64,000 nt of DNA from Epiperipatus broadwayi (taxonomy: Eukaryota; Animalia; Onychophora). Where the stretch lies: positions 2,294,001-2,358,000 of the forward strand of contig JAQFVV010000011.1 of NCBI GenBank assembly GCA_028023455.1, written 5' to 3'. Below are positions 1-13,292 of the stretch, one piece after another. Below the pieces are notes generated by a model. It was not told where the DNA came from, did no database searches, and was given only the letters and a program-made list of their open reading frames with translations. Position numbers and translations under genes: made by a program. Each line of letters starts with the position of its first letter. Position 1 is the first letter of the stretch.

Positions 1-254
1 TGTTAATATATTATAAATATTTTGATTTATTTTTTTTCTTCCTTATTATGATTCAGAGACTGTGCTTGCAATTTACATAAACTTTTTGGGCAAATGATAG
101 GTTCATTTGCATTAAGGTAAAATGTACACACACATATATATATGATAGTAATGTTAATCTTCAGAAAATTATGTGTCAACAATATATGTCAGATTAAATT
201 GGTTAACAAAGACAAGATAATTTTGTCCTATATATATTTTTCTTTTTTTTTAGT

Positions 255-793
255 TAAAAAAGCAGCAAATATCAAATTGATAAATACAGATGTATCATCA
301 GATTCGAAGACAGATTCATCTTCATCTCAAGACAAAAAAAAGACCACACAAAAATCCACAATCTCAGAAAACCACTATTCCAAACTCACAAAAATTAAAG
401 GAATCAAGAAGATTAGGTTTAGATTCAACTACCTTTCCAACCAAAAATACCAAAATACCACAAAAAATTCTAACAAGCACAATACTTCACGAAAACGAAG
501 ATGAAACAGAATATAACTACCTCACAGAAAATGAATCAGAAATGGACCTTTCCATGGATCTAACAAATAAAAAAAAAAGAAAATCCATTAGAGTCAACAG
601 AACAAGTTCTGAAGAAGACAACATATCAGGAAAAAAGAATAAGGCAACAACTGAGTATTCCAAGCATTATAATCTAGAATCCTTCCATAATCCCAAGAAA
701 CATAAAACAAAATCCGATAAATATAACTCCTTAAATGATAAAACAGAATACACAAAAGAAGAACATAACCAAGACCTATGGACGATAGAATGA
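255..793 (+). pseudogene. ORF1-like region of the LINE (K/S/T/E-rich, frameshifted)
   Basis: Overlapping ORFs 142-504 and 290-793 lie directly upstream of ORF2. Assigned by position only, with no recognisable domain. Confidence 0.5.
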
Positions 794-984
794 GGATTCT
801 CTAGACAGCATAATACAAATACATTCATTTCTTGCCGGCAGGGATTCAGATGTCCCTAACACTGAAATCACTATTGGTAACAATTTTCCTAATAAAACCA
901 ATCATACACAGATAAAAAGCAATTCACAAGAACAGCCAAATAATAAGCATGCGGTAGTGCATTCCTTGAAAGATAATCACATTA

Positions 985-3900
985 ATGAAAGGGAAGATAG
1001 CTGGGATAAACATAAGAGGGATTAATTCCATGGCAAGACTATGTGCCATAGAACACTGGTTCCAACTTAACAACCCTCACATTCTTTGTCTAGGTGAGAC
1101 GAAATATCATAACAACTCTGATACCAAAATCAAACAAAAGTTAGACCATTTAGGATTTGTTGAACTCTCCACCAACTATGCTGCAGCTGAAGGAGTGGGA
1201 GTAATAATCAACAAAAATCTACCACCATCTAGATTTAGAATCCTATACATGGACAAAAATATTATGACTCTAAACATGGTGTATCAAAAAGATGTTCAAC
1301 TAAATTTGATCTATGTGTATACAAGCAAAAACACAGCCAAGCTTCTAAGAATAATAAACATCATAAACGTGATCATGTCAAACAATAATGTCCACACAAT
1401 AATTTTAGGAGACTTCAACATCAGTTACAAACAATTTAACAACAAATTTATCCATCTCTCATAAATACCGCAATGATGAGTGGAGAGGGTTTTTTCCCAC
1501 CTAACTCCTTCTCATTCTACAACAACAATCATAAATCATTAATTGATCTATTAATATACTCACCACAAATACATTTCCAAATAGATGCAGAACTAGAACC
1601 AATCCCTTTTACAGACCATTGTGCGCTAATCATAAAAATAGATATAGCAGATGGTCTAAACACCCTACACAAAAAAACAGTAAGGATGATCACCAAAGAA
1701 ACAATTACCGAAGCAATACTATCAGAGGCCTATATTTACTTTAATAAAATAAAAATTTTAGACAGACCAGCCGAACAAGCATGGTTTGCACTGATAGCAA
1801 TTTTACAATCTCTCATAGTTCACCATACAAGGAAAAGAAAAGGTCCAATTACGCTTATGAATGAACTGGATTCTCTCAGTAAACAAATAAAAGCACACAA
1901 TATTGACTTAAATGATGTTCAAGCCTTAATGAATCTAAAGAAACAATACAAAATAAAGCAAAAGCAGATTGCAGCATAAATAGCAATAAAAAGATCTAAA
2001 ATATTCCTAAAAGGCCAGAACTTCTGGACATGGCGCTATCTAAGATGGGCACTGGGGGCTCAAAAAAAAACAACTCATCCCCTCTCAAATCAATACAAAT
2101 GGCTCATCTTACCTGGGATCACCAATGATCGAAAAAATAAAAAAAATTTTCCAACAAAAGCTGCAAGATCCAATACAATACTTGCAAAGCAACGAAAGAG
2201 AGTTTAGCACTCATTCAGAACACAACATTACAGAAGCAATGATTTTAGCAAAGATTAATTCCATGCCTGATAACACCCACCCAGGAATTCATGAAATACC
2301 TAAATTTCTACTGGCCCACCTTAGCCAATTCTCAGTCCCTATAATTAAGAACATGCTCAATCATCTAGCAGAAGGCAGAAGAGTTATCCCTAACCTATAC
2401 CACATAGGACTGGTCCCTTTTAAAAAAAACATAATGAGACTGATGATCTTTTAAACATCAGACCAATATCAATGACTCCATTGCTGATCAAAGTGATGGA
2501 ATCCATAATAAAGGACAACATACAAGAAAAAATTCTAGCACAAACCACAGCATCCCAATTTTCTCGAAAAGGGTCCTCTGCAATGGCAGCTATAAGCATA
2601 GTCCGAACCCTTATAGATGAAATCAGATTAGCAAGAAAGTCTAAACCAATTCCTGTACAGCTAGACATCAGCTCAGCATTTGACTCAGTTCGAATAAATA
2701 CATTAATGGACCTTCTTGAAGACTTGGACATTCCAGCACCCATAATAAATATAATACAAAACCTGCTAAACAATAGAGAAATTTCCATTTCACTAAATGG
2801 GAAACTATCCCAGCCATTTAAACTGGATCTTTCCATCCCCCAAGGATCCCTCCTCAGTGCCCTATTATTCATGGTATATATAGACCCTCTCCTAAAGAAA
2901 ATTGACCTTGAACTTCCAGGAATCTACTGCCACAGACTACACAAAATCATCAACACTGTTGCATACGTGAATGATATTCTTATCTTCCTTCCTTCCTCAA
3001 AACTGCTTCCAAAACTATATAATATTCTAGAGCAGTTCCACCAAGCCTCAGGTCTTGAAATAAACAATCTAAAATCAGCCACATGGAAAATTTACTCAGG
3101 TACAAAAATCCTTTCTAAATACACCGCTCAACCACAAAACTTTCTTGGGTTTGCAATTTCAAAATCTGCAACCCAAATGTCCAGAGAAATACACCACTCC
3201 ATCATCAACTCAATGGATATTTTAACTAAAAAACTTGCAACAGTCTACCTATCCTTCAAGGAAAGGTAGCTCTCCTAAATATGAAAATTATGTCTAAAAT
3301 TAACTACTACATTCCCATCATTAAACTAACCAAAGCTTTCATCAACAATATTAACACATTAGCAGCCAGACTATTCTGGAAAGATAAGAAAACCTTTCTC
3401 AGCATAAAAATAATGCAATGGCCAAGAAAACTAAATGGAAGGTCTTTGCATTCCATAAAAGCCTATGAAATCCAAAAGACTCATAGCCTTCTAAGTCAAC
3501 TGATAAGTAAATCTACATACGATGTCATTATAAACCCGGTACCACCTACAGATCATCCACCATCTCTTAAAATTAACTGGTTAGACACAATTATTAATAA
3601 CCTTAAAAAACATCTAAAATTATCCGAGCAAGCATTCATAAACAAATTAAAAATCTGGGATGCCTACTCCCTCATTTTCCTGAGCTAACCACCAATAGAA
3701 GGATCACTACCAATCACAAATCAAAAGATAGCAAGTCTCTTCAAATTCTGGTGCATGTAACCAAAATACTTTGATCCTGCTATCAAAATAAACATGGATT
3801 CCATGCCTACAAATTGGTTCCTGAATTACAGAAGAGGGATCACAAAACTAAATCCCATATGTCAACTATGCGGAAAAGATGAGGAAACCTTTACCCATTT

Positions 3901-4195
3901 AATTAGAACATGCACAGGCCTAAACACATCAAAAAAAATCATTTATGAAAGGACAAAAATTGATTACTACACAATTACATCCCTGGAGAGTAGTATCCAA
4001 ACCAAAAATTTGGCCATTGTAAGACTGTCACTTTTCCTCACAATGGCCTTATGGCTGATGAGATGCCACAAAATCTTCCACTTCCCTCAACAAAATTCTT
4101 TCTAAGCACAATCAAGAAACTGAAGAAAAGAGATGAAGTTATGGCCTCACCAAACCAACACAAAGACACCTGGATCTTATTCGAAGTATAAATAA
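985..4195 (+). pseudogene. LINE ORF2 (AP endonuclease, reverse transcriptase, CCHC zinc knuckle), broken by stops and frameshifts
   Basis: APE motifs INIRGIN, LCLGETK, GVGVIINK, ILGDFN, SLID, TDH. RT motifs PGIHEIP, LDISSAFDSV, IPQGSLLSALLF, YVND (degenerate YADD), GLEINNLKS. C-terminal CQLCGKDEETFTHLIRTC. Confidence 0.92.
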
Positions 4196-5247
4196 TCCCC
4201 CCCCAAAAAAAAAAAACAAAAAAAAACAGAAGGACTTATTAATAGTCCAACAAACTAACACACACTTATTAAGTCTGTTTAAACAAAATTATACACTAGT
4301 TTTAATGTCAACACTTTACACATAAATAATGAACATCATGTATCACAACAACTTTCATCTACTTGTATAACATTAACCTAAATAAATATTTTGGAAAGAA
4401 GTCTTCTTGTAGCAATGAAACCATTGGTTGTGTTTTAGAGTTTATATTTTTTTGGCTAGTCTGGTTGAGTTGTGAATTTGGGGTAATTTTAATACTGTAT
4501 TACAGATTTTTGTTGTATTGAGTTTCTGTTTACAATTTTTTCATAGCGCATGTCTAATTGCTTTTGCATTTTAGAGATTTTTCATTTATCTAATGTTTCG
4601 TTTAACGTTTAACAGTTAAAGAATGCCAATTGTTATTAAGTTGTGTTTTTTTTACAAAAAAAGGGGGATTATTAAAAAAAAAAGTTTTTATTATAACCCA
4701 ATCTAAACAGATAATAAAAGTTATTTCAAAATGTTGCAATCTATTGGAACACATGCATTTATTGTCATTTTTTAAAAATAAAAAGATAAACCTCTAAAAC
4801 AATGATCATCCATACATCCTAAATGGGCCAAAGGGCTAATAAAATATACGATAAACCATGAGAAATGTATAAATTGCATAAAGAATTTAGCAAGTAATGA
4901 CTAACTATCACCAATGATGACAGTCTTATCATCCTCTTGTTTTCATGCATAAAACTTATGGTTTATACAAACATATTTATATTTCCCAAAAATTATTATG
5001 AATTACATTCCCAGTACCTTTTTCATTTTTTGTTTGTTTCTCTTTCTATAGGTAAAAGTTTTTTTTTTTTAAAAAATGTCATTAAATACACTGCTCCCCT
5101 AATAACACAATTCTTAATTAATAAGCTAATTAATTGTCAGGGGGTAACCTCTTGTATTTTAATTTAGCTAAAAGAATCTAAAATATTCTCCATTATATGC
5201 TATCTCTTCATATACACAGTACAATTTGTACAGCAGTAATACATATC

Positions 5248-6780
5248 TGGTACTAATTACTTAGCTGGGCTTGGCCACCTGTTGGCCTTGTTGCCGGTCC
5301 AAAACAGTTACAAATGCCATTTACATGGCCTACACTTATGGCTAAGAAAACAGTTGTGTTTATTTTAGCTATTGCAAGTTGCTTGACAGTGTTGCATAAA
5401 AATATTACAGCCTGTTTTGTGCTTCATGACACTTTATTATGCAAATTCACACAATTCTCTGGTCACTACCATATTATCTGACGGTGTTTAAATTTCATGT
5501 GGTCACAAGTTTTGATATCTCCATAGCAGAGTAATTTCATTTCTACTTAAAAACACACAGTCTGACTCACTAAGAATTGTCACCCTGCCCCCACCCTTCC
5601 CTATACAACTTGCAATGTGCAAAACATTGGAAAAGGGTAGGGATGAACATGATTCAAAACAAGCTCATGTGAAAACTAATACTTGTCATGAGAAATTATA
5701 CGAGACAAATAAAATGGTGCACAAATTGTGCCAGTTATCGATGCCAGTCAGGCTCCTGCAAACCAAGGTATTCGATTCCTAAAAATAAAATATTAAAGAT
5801 GTAGTAGGAAAAAATAAAAGGATCAAAAAATGTTATTAATAGTAAAAGTTCTTTTTAAAAAGGGCAAAATAGAAATCACGTAATACAAATCACCGTATAG
5901 CCAAAAAAAGTCACCGTATTTTAAACATGAAAAAAGAAAATGAAAGTTGAAAAAGTCTGAAGTTTTGATGTTATTGTAATTTTTTTGAGATGGTGGGTTG
6001 AAAGGTTCAAAAAATGTAATTAATAGAAAAAGTTGTTTTTAAAAATGGTAAAATAGACATTGCGTAATGCAAATAAAGCCCCAAAAAAAAATCAGCGTAT
6101 AGTCACCATCTTTTTTTTTAAAAAAAGACAATGAAAGTTGAAAAAGTCAAAAGTTTTGATCTTATTTTAATTTTTTTGGGGGGAAGTGGGTTGAGAAATA
6201 CTTTGTCTTCACTGAGACAAAAGATAGAGACAAAAGTTTATTTTGGGTTTGTTTTTATTTTTTAAAAAAGGTAATAAAAATTGGTTTAAAAAATAAAAGT
6301 TTTAGTATATCAGCGATATACAAATAAAACCAAAAAAAAAAAAAATCGCCATATAGGCAAAAAAAGTGTTGCTGTATTTTTTTTTTTTTTTAAAAAAAAA
6401 AAAGAAAATGAAAGTTGAAAAAGTCAAAGCTTTGATCATATTTTAATTTTTTGGGGGAGGGGGGTGGATTGAGAAATACTTTGTCATCAAGTACACAAAA
6501 GTTAAGGACAGAAGTTTTTTTTTGTTTGTTTTTTTTGTTTTTTTTTTTAAAAAGTAATAAAAATTGGTTTAAAAAATAAAAGTTAAAGCCAAAAAAAAAA
6601 AAATCACCATATAGCCAAAAACAACAACACTTAAAACGAAATATTAAAGACAGAGTAGAAAAAAAATTAAAGGGATCAAAAAAAGACACCGTACTTTAAA
6701 AATCGCGGCCCGGTAACATTGCATTGTATTGTTTTAACAATGCCATCAAGTGACCAAGCCCAGCTAAATATTTAGTACCA
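5248..6780. mobile_element. Non-autonomous element with ~30-bp terminal inverted repeats
   Basis: 5248 tggtactaattacttagctgggcttggccac matches the reverse complement of 6750-6780 gtgaccaagcccagctaaatatttagtacca. Flanks are catatc and tatatc. No transposase ORF. Confidence 0.55.
5870..6660. repeat. Degenerate tandem repeat, about 3 copies of ~200-280 bp
   Basis: aatgaaagttgaaaaagtc...tttgat...gtggg(t/a)tga recurs at ~5938, ~6130 and ~6407. Confidence 0.7.
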
Positions 6781-6949
6781 TATATCTTTAATAACATAGT
6801 AACTTAATCAAGGAATACAATCTATTGACAATGTATAAAAAATCCACTATCTAAATTAATGTTTTCTGAACGTACGTACGTACAACAATATAACAAATAT
6901 TCCACAAAAATTACTGTGATTTACATTTTCATTTCTTAAATGCATAATT

Positions 6950-7730
6950 CATCTCACTTCTTGCAGGTTGAAAGTCTTTCTAAGATCAATCTAGTTTTTC
7001 TAATCCCTAACCTCTCTTATCATAATACACTAGCAAACTTCTTTGTTTTGTCCATCCATCTCACATATAGTCCCTTCCTAGATCTTTTACATTCTCTTGG
7101 ATTCCAATTTGAAACTTTAACTGTTTTTCTACTATTGTCTCTTCTAGAAATATGTCCAATCCAGTTTCATTTCAGTCTCTAAACTCTTTCAATGATATTA
7201 GTGATACCCGTTTGTTTTCTCACCTATGTATTTCATTTTCAATTTCTTCTTGAGTGGTCTGAAGTCTATGCATAGATCTTCTGTCAAATGCCCAACACTC
7301 AGATCATAAGTAAAAATTGGTAATACTCATACATTAAAAACCTTTCTTTTCAATACATGGGTATATTTCCTTTTAATGTTAAATTAATTTCCATCAAAAG
7401 CTATCCAAGTTTAATTTTATGATTAATTCCATCCGTTATATGTTTCCATCTGCATTTTTAATCTGACCAAGATATTTGTTCTAATTCCATGATTGTCAAT
7501 CTTTAGTTTCTTTTGACAAAATTCAGTCTTTTTAGCATTGTCTGATAACTGCAGCATCTTCTAAATACCTAAAGTATCATTTGCAACAAGAACCACACCA
7601 TCTGCACAAACTAATATGACTTAATCTCCATTTATTTTATTCTCTTACCTTCCCATTTAAATCCATTCATTTCACACATTGACAACCTTGTTCAATCCTC
7701 ATTTACGTACCTTTAATCTGCTATTGGAAT
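6950..7730 (-). pseudogene. RTE-like LINE RT/C-terminal remnant
   Basis: Minus-strand relics VCADGVVLVA (YADD-like, ~7600), KYLGQ (~7470) and VLPIFTY (~7320), with many stops. Confidence 0.55.
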
Positions 7731-9280
7731 TGAAATCTCTTAGGAAGATCTAGAAGAGAAAGGTAAAGCCTTTTATTGTGAGTGATTTATAATTATTGCT
7801 TGCATAAAGGTATCTCTCCAAATGGTGATTGCATTATCATTTGAAATATCTTCTACAGAAGTCACATGCCCTATGAGATGATTTGAAATAAAAATAGCCA
7901 CATCATGTTTAGAATGCATTCTATTAATAATCAGTGTTAATCCAAGAATTTCAAGAAGATATGCGTTATTAGAAAAATGATGTGTCCAGAGATACAATTA
8001 TGTGAATATTGTGCTGAAAATTAATTTTAGAGGATTTCCATTTTTGATTTTGATATACTTCAAAATAATTTTATGTTTCCTAAATAAAAAAATATCACTC
8101 TGTAGAAATTATATTTTTCACTTGAAGTAATGGTTCCTAATATCATGTAATCATTTTTTATTTTAAAAGCATAGAACTCTCATCTCTATTGTTTCTGATG
8201 TAGCTATCCTTTATACTTAGACAGAATTCAGATTTTGCCATTTTTCATTAGGATTTCATCACGATGAAGTTTGATTTCTATATGGAGACATGCATTTCAC
8301 ATGATAATGTATACATTGTAGAGTGAGCTGCAAAAAGGTTGCTATCTATCCTCCTCTTTGTACATATTTAACTTGAACTTTTATTTTTTATAAAAGTTAA
8401 TTCAGAAAGTTATATTTTGTGAGTTAAAAAGAAAAAAAAGCAGGAGCCTATTTAAAAAAATATCTTAGTTTCATTCATTTCTGACCTCTAAGCTTATATA
8501 TATTTCAAGATTTTTATTTAAAATTATCAAGTTCTAACAAAAAAAAATCATATTCAGTTAAAATCTAGGCAGTTTTATAAAAATTTTCACATAATCAATG
8601 GTGAGGAGTGAAACAAAATTACAGCTATTGATTTTATTACCATTTGCTTTCGCCAACTTTAACCTTTTGAAGACCTGTTAGAGCTCAAAGTGTTTTTTTT
8701 AATCAATCTTTAGGTCTGTTTTTACATTTCCATAATATTTTTTACCCCATATTTTCTTAAAATCTATATCAGTTTCAAGCAAAAGAACAAATTATTCACC
8801 ATAAAAAAATCTGATAAATAACAAAGTTAATTCCGGGAAAGGGAAGGCCATACTACTTTTAAAATATTTATCAGAGTTTGCAATAGTAATTTCATAAAAA
8901 GTAAAAAAAAAACCAAACATTTAAAAATATGCATAACAAATAAATAATATTTGTAGAATGATAACATAGTCTCATGTGATGATAATTAGTAATGTACTAT
9001 CTCAAGGATGTGTAAAAACAAAATAATATAGCATTTAGACTAACCTACAAAATGTTTTATTTTGTTATTAATTTTAGTTTAAGAGTAAAAATGGAATAAA
9101 TTAATTTAGTTTTAATGATTTTTGTATATTGGAAAGAGAAACAGGAGAGAGATTGGTTTATTAATGGAAATACTGGCTTCTTGTAATCCTATTTATATGT
9201 AATACTATATGTGTTTGTTTTTTTCATTTGTTATTATTAAAACTTTACATTTGGGGTTTAGTGTAATTAATTATGAAAAA

Positions 9281-9372
9281 GCGTTGGTGGCCGAGTGGTC
9301 AGCACAGCTGCCTTACAAGCAGTTGTCGCGGGTTCGCTTCCCGGCCGATGCTTTGACACATGGGAGAAAAAA
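9281..9372 (+). mobile_element. tRNA-Gly-derived short SINE (TAC at anticodon position)
   Basis: gcgttggtggccgagtggtcagcacagctgccttacaagcagttgtcgcgggttcgcttcccggccgatgc has an animal tRNA-Gly(TCC)-like body, followed by the family tail tttgacaca and an A tract. Confidence 0.8.
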
Positions 9373-10068
9373 GGTTAAATAATCTTATTATTTTTAATTG
9401 TTTATATAGCTTTTCACTATAGGGGGGGGGGAATTAAGTAAAACAAACAATTTTAAAAGAATATATATGGAAGGTATATATGAAAATAATTAGTTGGAAA
9501 ATGTAAAACTGCACTGTTGTTTTATAGTAATGGTAGATTTAAAACTAAAGAGTGATAGATACAAAGAAAAAATCTAGACAGAGAGAATAACTTATGCAGA
9601 GTGGCAATTAAGTTTGGCAGATATTGATTAGGTTTTTGAAATAATGAATTAAGTAAAAGTACTTCTTTATACTAGTTGTCTGAACAGAAGCTGTTCTACA
9701 CATATAACTATCTCTAAAATTAGAAAGCTCTATTATGATATATATGAAAATTCACCCAAAATATAAAAATTATCTTCAAATCTGGAAATGTTTTGCACAA
9801 TATATGAATTATATTACAGTTATTATACAGAGCAACCAGAACGGCACAAATACATTATAAGCATTTTTAAAATTGAGTTATAATAAATACTGAAGTTATG
9901 AAACATTTTTAATTTTAAAAATTTATTTAAGCCGGCATTCATATTCAATAATTACTAAGGAATAGATAATGCGTGGTTGCATTTATTTTATTTTATGTAA
10001 AGATGAGATTGTTTATGTACATAGGTTGTTTTATATTATCATATGAAATATATATATATATGCTACTA

Positions 10069-10423
10069 TAAATTTATTTAAACGCACATAATATTTACTA
10101 AGGCTGTAACCTCAAGAATGTGTGCATGAAAATGCGATAGTAGGGACCTCTACAGGTCTTAACCACAAGCTTATGCCTTGGAAGAAAAGAGGGGAACCCT
10201 TCTTTACTTCAACCTACTTTCCATATAAATAGATGAAACTGAAGCGGTTAGATCTGAGAGCGTGAAGCTAATCAATACTTCACTGATTAAGACTACATTT
10301 CTTATTACACATTAATACTCGTGAAATCTTTCGATTCCAAAATGTAAGCTTGTGGTTAAGACCTGTAGAGATCCCTACTATCGCATTTTCACGTGCACGT
10401 TCCTGAGGTTACAGCCTTAGTAA
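10069..10423. mobile_element. Fold-back insertion, family F (~85-bp arms 10091-10174 and 10345-10428)
   Basis: Arms are near-exact reverse complements. Flanked by atatgctacta (10058-10068) and atatgctgcta (10424-10434). Confidence 0.8.
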
Positions 10424-10436
10424 ATATGCTGCTAAT

Positions 10437-10617
10437 TGAAACACTTATAGTATATATGTGTAGCGAGACCAACTGATGATTCCTGGTTTAGCATGAAATA
10501 CTTTTAGTGGTGATTATTTATCTTTTCAACATATATGTATTGAAGTGTATCAGTGTTATGAGATAGTGTGGAGAGTGGTGGGTCATGTCAACGTCTGTGC
10601 TCATATACTCCATATAT
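10437..10617 (+). mobile_element. Family C short element with HHR motif
   Basis: Homologous to 12620-12808 (-) and 16866-16980. Flanked by a 16-bp duplication with 1 mismatch (10421-10436 and 10618-10633). Confidence 0.75.
10468..10511 (+). ncRNA. Type I hammerhead motif, family C (partly decayed)
   Basis: accaa CTGATGA t tcct ggttt agca t GAAA tactttta gtggt. The core is intact but the stems are damaged relative to the 12730 copy. Confidence 0.6.
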
Positions 10618-11145
10618 TAAATATGCTACTAATAAAATCAAATCTGAACATTAACATTTGTAACTTATGAGTAGTAGTGTCAATAAAATGTATATACTGG
10701 GTCATGTAGAGAATAATAATAATTTTCATTATTTATCTTGTGTACTATTTTCTTTCTATCAGTGAAAACAACAATAGCTCTTATGCTTTGTTAAATCTTA
10801 TTGTTATCTTAACTTTTACATTTTTTTGGATTTTGCTCCATATTCTGGGTAATTCTTTATGAACATTGTGGTGTCATGTTCACCCATTGAGACAATCATC
10901 TCTGAGATATTGTCACAGATATAGTAAATGGGTTCAGATTTCATCATAATAATAATTAGGATTAACATGTAATCTATAACAAACAATCCTGAGGATTATT
11001 TACTATATATGTGTGTGTATATTGTAATCCATCCAACCTATATATTGAAATAAAATCCTTGTTTTTATTTCACCTTTGAGTGATAAGTTTTAAATTACGT
11101 TTTACGCAAAAAAGTAAAGCTTAGTATTATTAGAAAAGAATTATA

Positions 11146-11190
11146 AGGTTTAGCACTTTCGGAGAACTTAGGTTTCCATATTCATAGCCT
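11146..11190 (-). ncRNA. Variant type I hammerhead motif (AUGAAUA core)
   Basis: Minus strand: aggct ATGAATA t gga aac ctaa gtt c tcc GAAA gtgc TA aacct. Same core, stem I and stem III as the PLE 3'-end motif but a different stem II. Confidence 0.6.
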
Positions 11191-12619
11191 ATCTTGGGAG
11201 TGTCGGCTTACGTTGAGAATTTTAAGTAAAAATTAGCAGTAATTTATGCAAAATTTATTCAAAGTTTTTTTTCATATAGACCATTTTCTGGAGATTGCAA
11301 AACACGATTTTCGGTTTATTACATATATATATATATTATCACAGTTCTGTTATATTTATAAATTTGGCATAACAGTATAAGACTAGTATATATATAACTC
11401 ATTCATTCACTCAGAAATTTACATTATAATATCTATATAAATAAATAGCGCAAATAATTCAAAACAGAGCAAAAATTCTATCAGTATCACTCCCCATTGG
11501 TGAAAGAGATGTTAAACCAACTATCAGTTATAAAAAATTTTACACTTACATTTTATTCCTTTTTTCTCTACTAACTTAAAATATCTAGATACCCACTGCT
11601 TGATCAATAATTGGATAACTAACTGAATTGGATTACCTAAAGTTAGTCAGAAATTGTTAACTATCTAAAAAAATGTCTTGAGTTTCAATCATATTTGAGG
11701 CCAAGGTCTTGGCAGTGTGTTTGTGTATGTAGTATTGCCATGTATTCCAAAACCTTCATATATTTACAGATTGCAACAGCAATTAAAATTTAGTTTCAAT
11801 ATCAACTTTTATATTGATTTTTATTTACCTTTCATGAATTTACTGATCTGTTATTTCTATAACCAGATAAATAAAATATCATAGAACTTCAAATCTTCAT
11901 GTAACAATTATAAAATTTACCATTCATTCCTAACATTAAGATCCCCCCCCCCTCATTTCTCTATCTTCTATGCTCCCTCTATTCGAAATATATTTCCAAT
12001 CCAATTACGCTTTCTCTTAACTTTCTCACTATATTTATTTATTCTTTCTGACACCTTCTAGCATTATTTTTCCAAATTTGTATGTTGAGCTGTCTTTTTA
12101 AATGAACGTTTTGGTAATTAGGCAATAGGATACTATGGACAAATGACAACAATTGATCACAATGGGTAGTAGTCCTCCCACCCCAATTCCCTTAACACAA
12201 TTTACTCCAATATCTCAATTTTGTATAACATCATAAAATAATACTATCCTTTATATCATTAAGATATATTTTTTTCATTTACTTATTTAAAAGTGTCAAT
12301 TTTTTTCCACGGTCTTTCTAAATGTCAGTTTCTGATTTATATACTACTACAGTCAAACAATATACCTAGAAAAATAGGAAATTTACGATCGTCTCTGCTT
12401 AAATTCAGTTTCAAGGATTTACAAAATTTCTATCAAATATACATTAAACTACTACAGATCTCATTCTTATCCTTTTAGCAAATATCTTCATCCGTGTTAA
12501 AAGTACTAATCTTATTCTTCACACATTTATTATATTTTTCATGCATTTAGATATATTTTTCATTTTCAATGATATTTAAAAACCGAAACACAGGCTTATT
12601 ATATACCTGTGTTTATATA

Positions 12620-12808
12620 TGTAATATATAGGGTATATGAGCACAGACTTTCACACAACCCACCATTCTCCACTCTATCTCATAACACTGATGCACTTGA
12701 ACACATATATGTTGAAAAGATAAATAATCACCAATATACGTATTTCATGCTAAACCAGCAATCATCACTTGGTCCAGATTACCATCTCTACACATATATG
12801 CTATAAAT
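12620..12808 (-). mobile_element. Family C short element with HHR motif
   Basis: Reverse complement aligns with 10445-10617 over ~180 bp. Confidence 0.75.
12730..12773 (-). ncRNA. Type I hammerhead motif, family C (C3G)
   Basis: Minus strand: accaa gTGATGA t tgct ggttt agca t GAAA tacgta TA ttggt. Stems I and II are perfect and stem III is palindromic. Confidence 0.7.
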
Positions 12809-13233
12809 GCTCAGATATATATTAAGATAGCCAATCTTCATACTTTAATGGACAAGCTTCAATCTACTCCTCACTCCAACTCTTCAACCGTACATCTAAT
12901 TGAAAATCTGATGATGGAATGCTCAAAGGCCACCCTGAGGCAGAGATTATTGTCACACCCATGTTGGCCTAAGGTCATTCTGACCCCTCATGTACAGGAC
13001 ATAATAATAAAGTACATTTTTTTTTTTGGTTTTTTTATTTGTCCCTATAAAAGTGGAACAAATTTCCAAAATTATTTAATTATTATTTTTTAAAAAAGCA
13101 TTCAAATAATAAACGTATTAAACAATTCAGAACAAAGCAAAACTCTCCATATAGTAGTGCCATCTTGTGCTAACAAGAGCAATCAATGGATGCCAGAAGG
13201 CTTGTGCATAAAATCCCTATCTAGTGCCTACTC

Positions 13234-13292
13234 ATCCAATATCCCCAGACTAGTTTCTGGCTTGTGGCCTTCATCAGTGAGGAGCCTTGGAT
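13234..13292 (-). ncRNA. Type I hammerhead ribozyme motif, family A
   Basis: Exact reverse complement of the 13939-13997 motif. Confidence 0.85.

Larger units (their letters stand above)
255..4395 (+). mobile_element. L1/Tx1-clade-like non-LTR retrotransposon, near full length, inactivated
   Basis: Basic low-complexity ORF1-like region, then split ORF2 with APE, RT and CCHC motifs, then a 3' UTR with an A-rich tract (~4204-4228) and AATAAA at ~4382. Confidence 0.9.
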
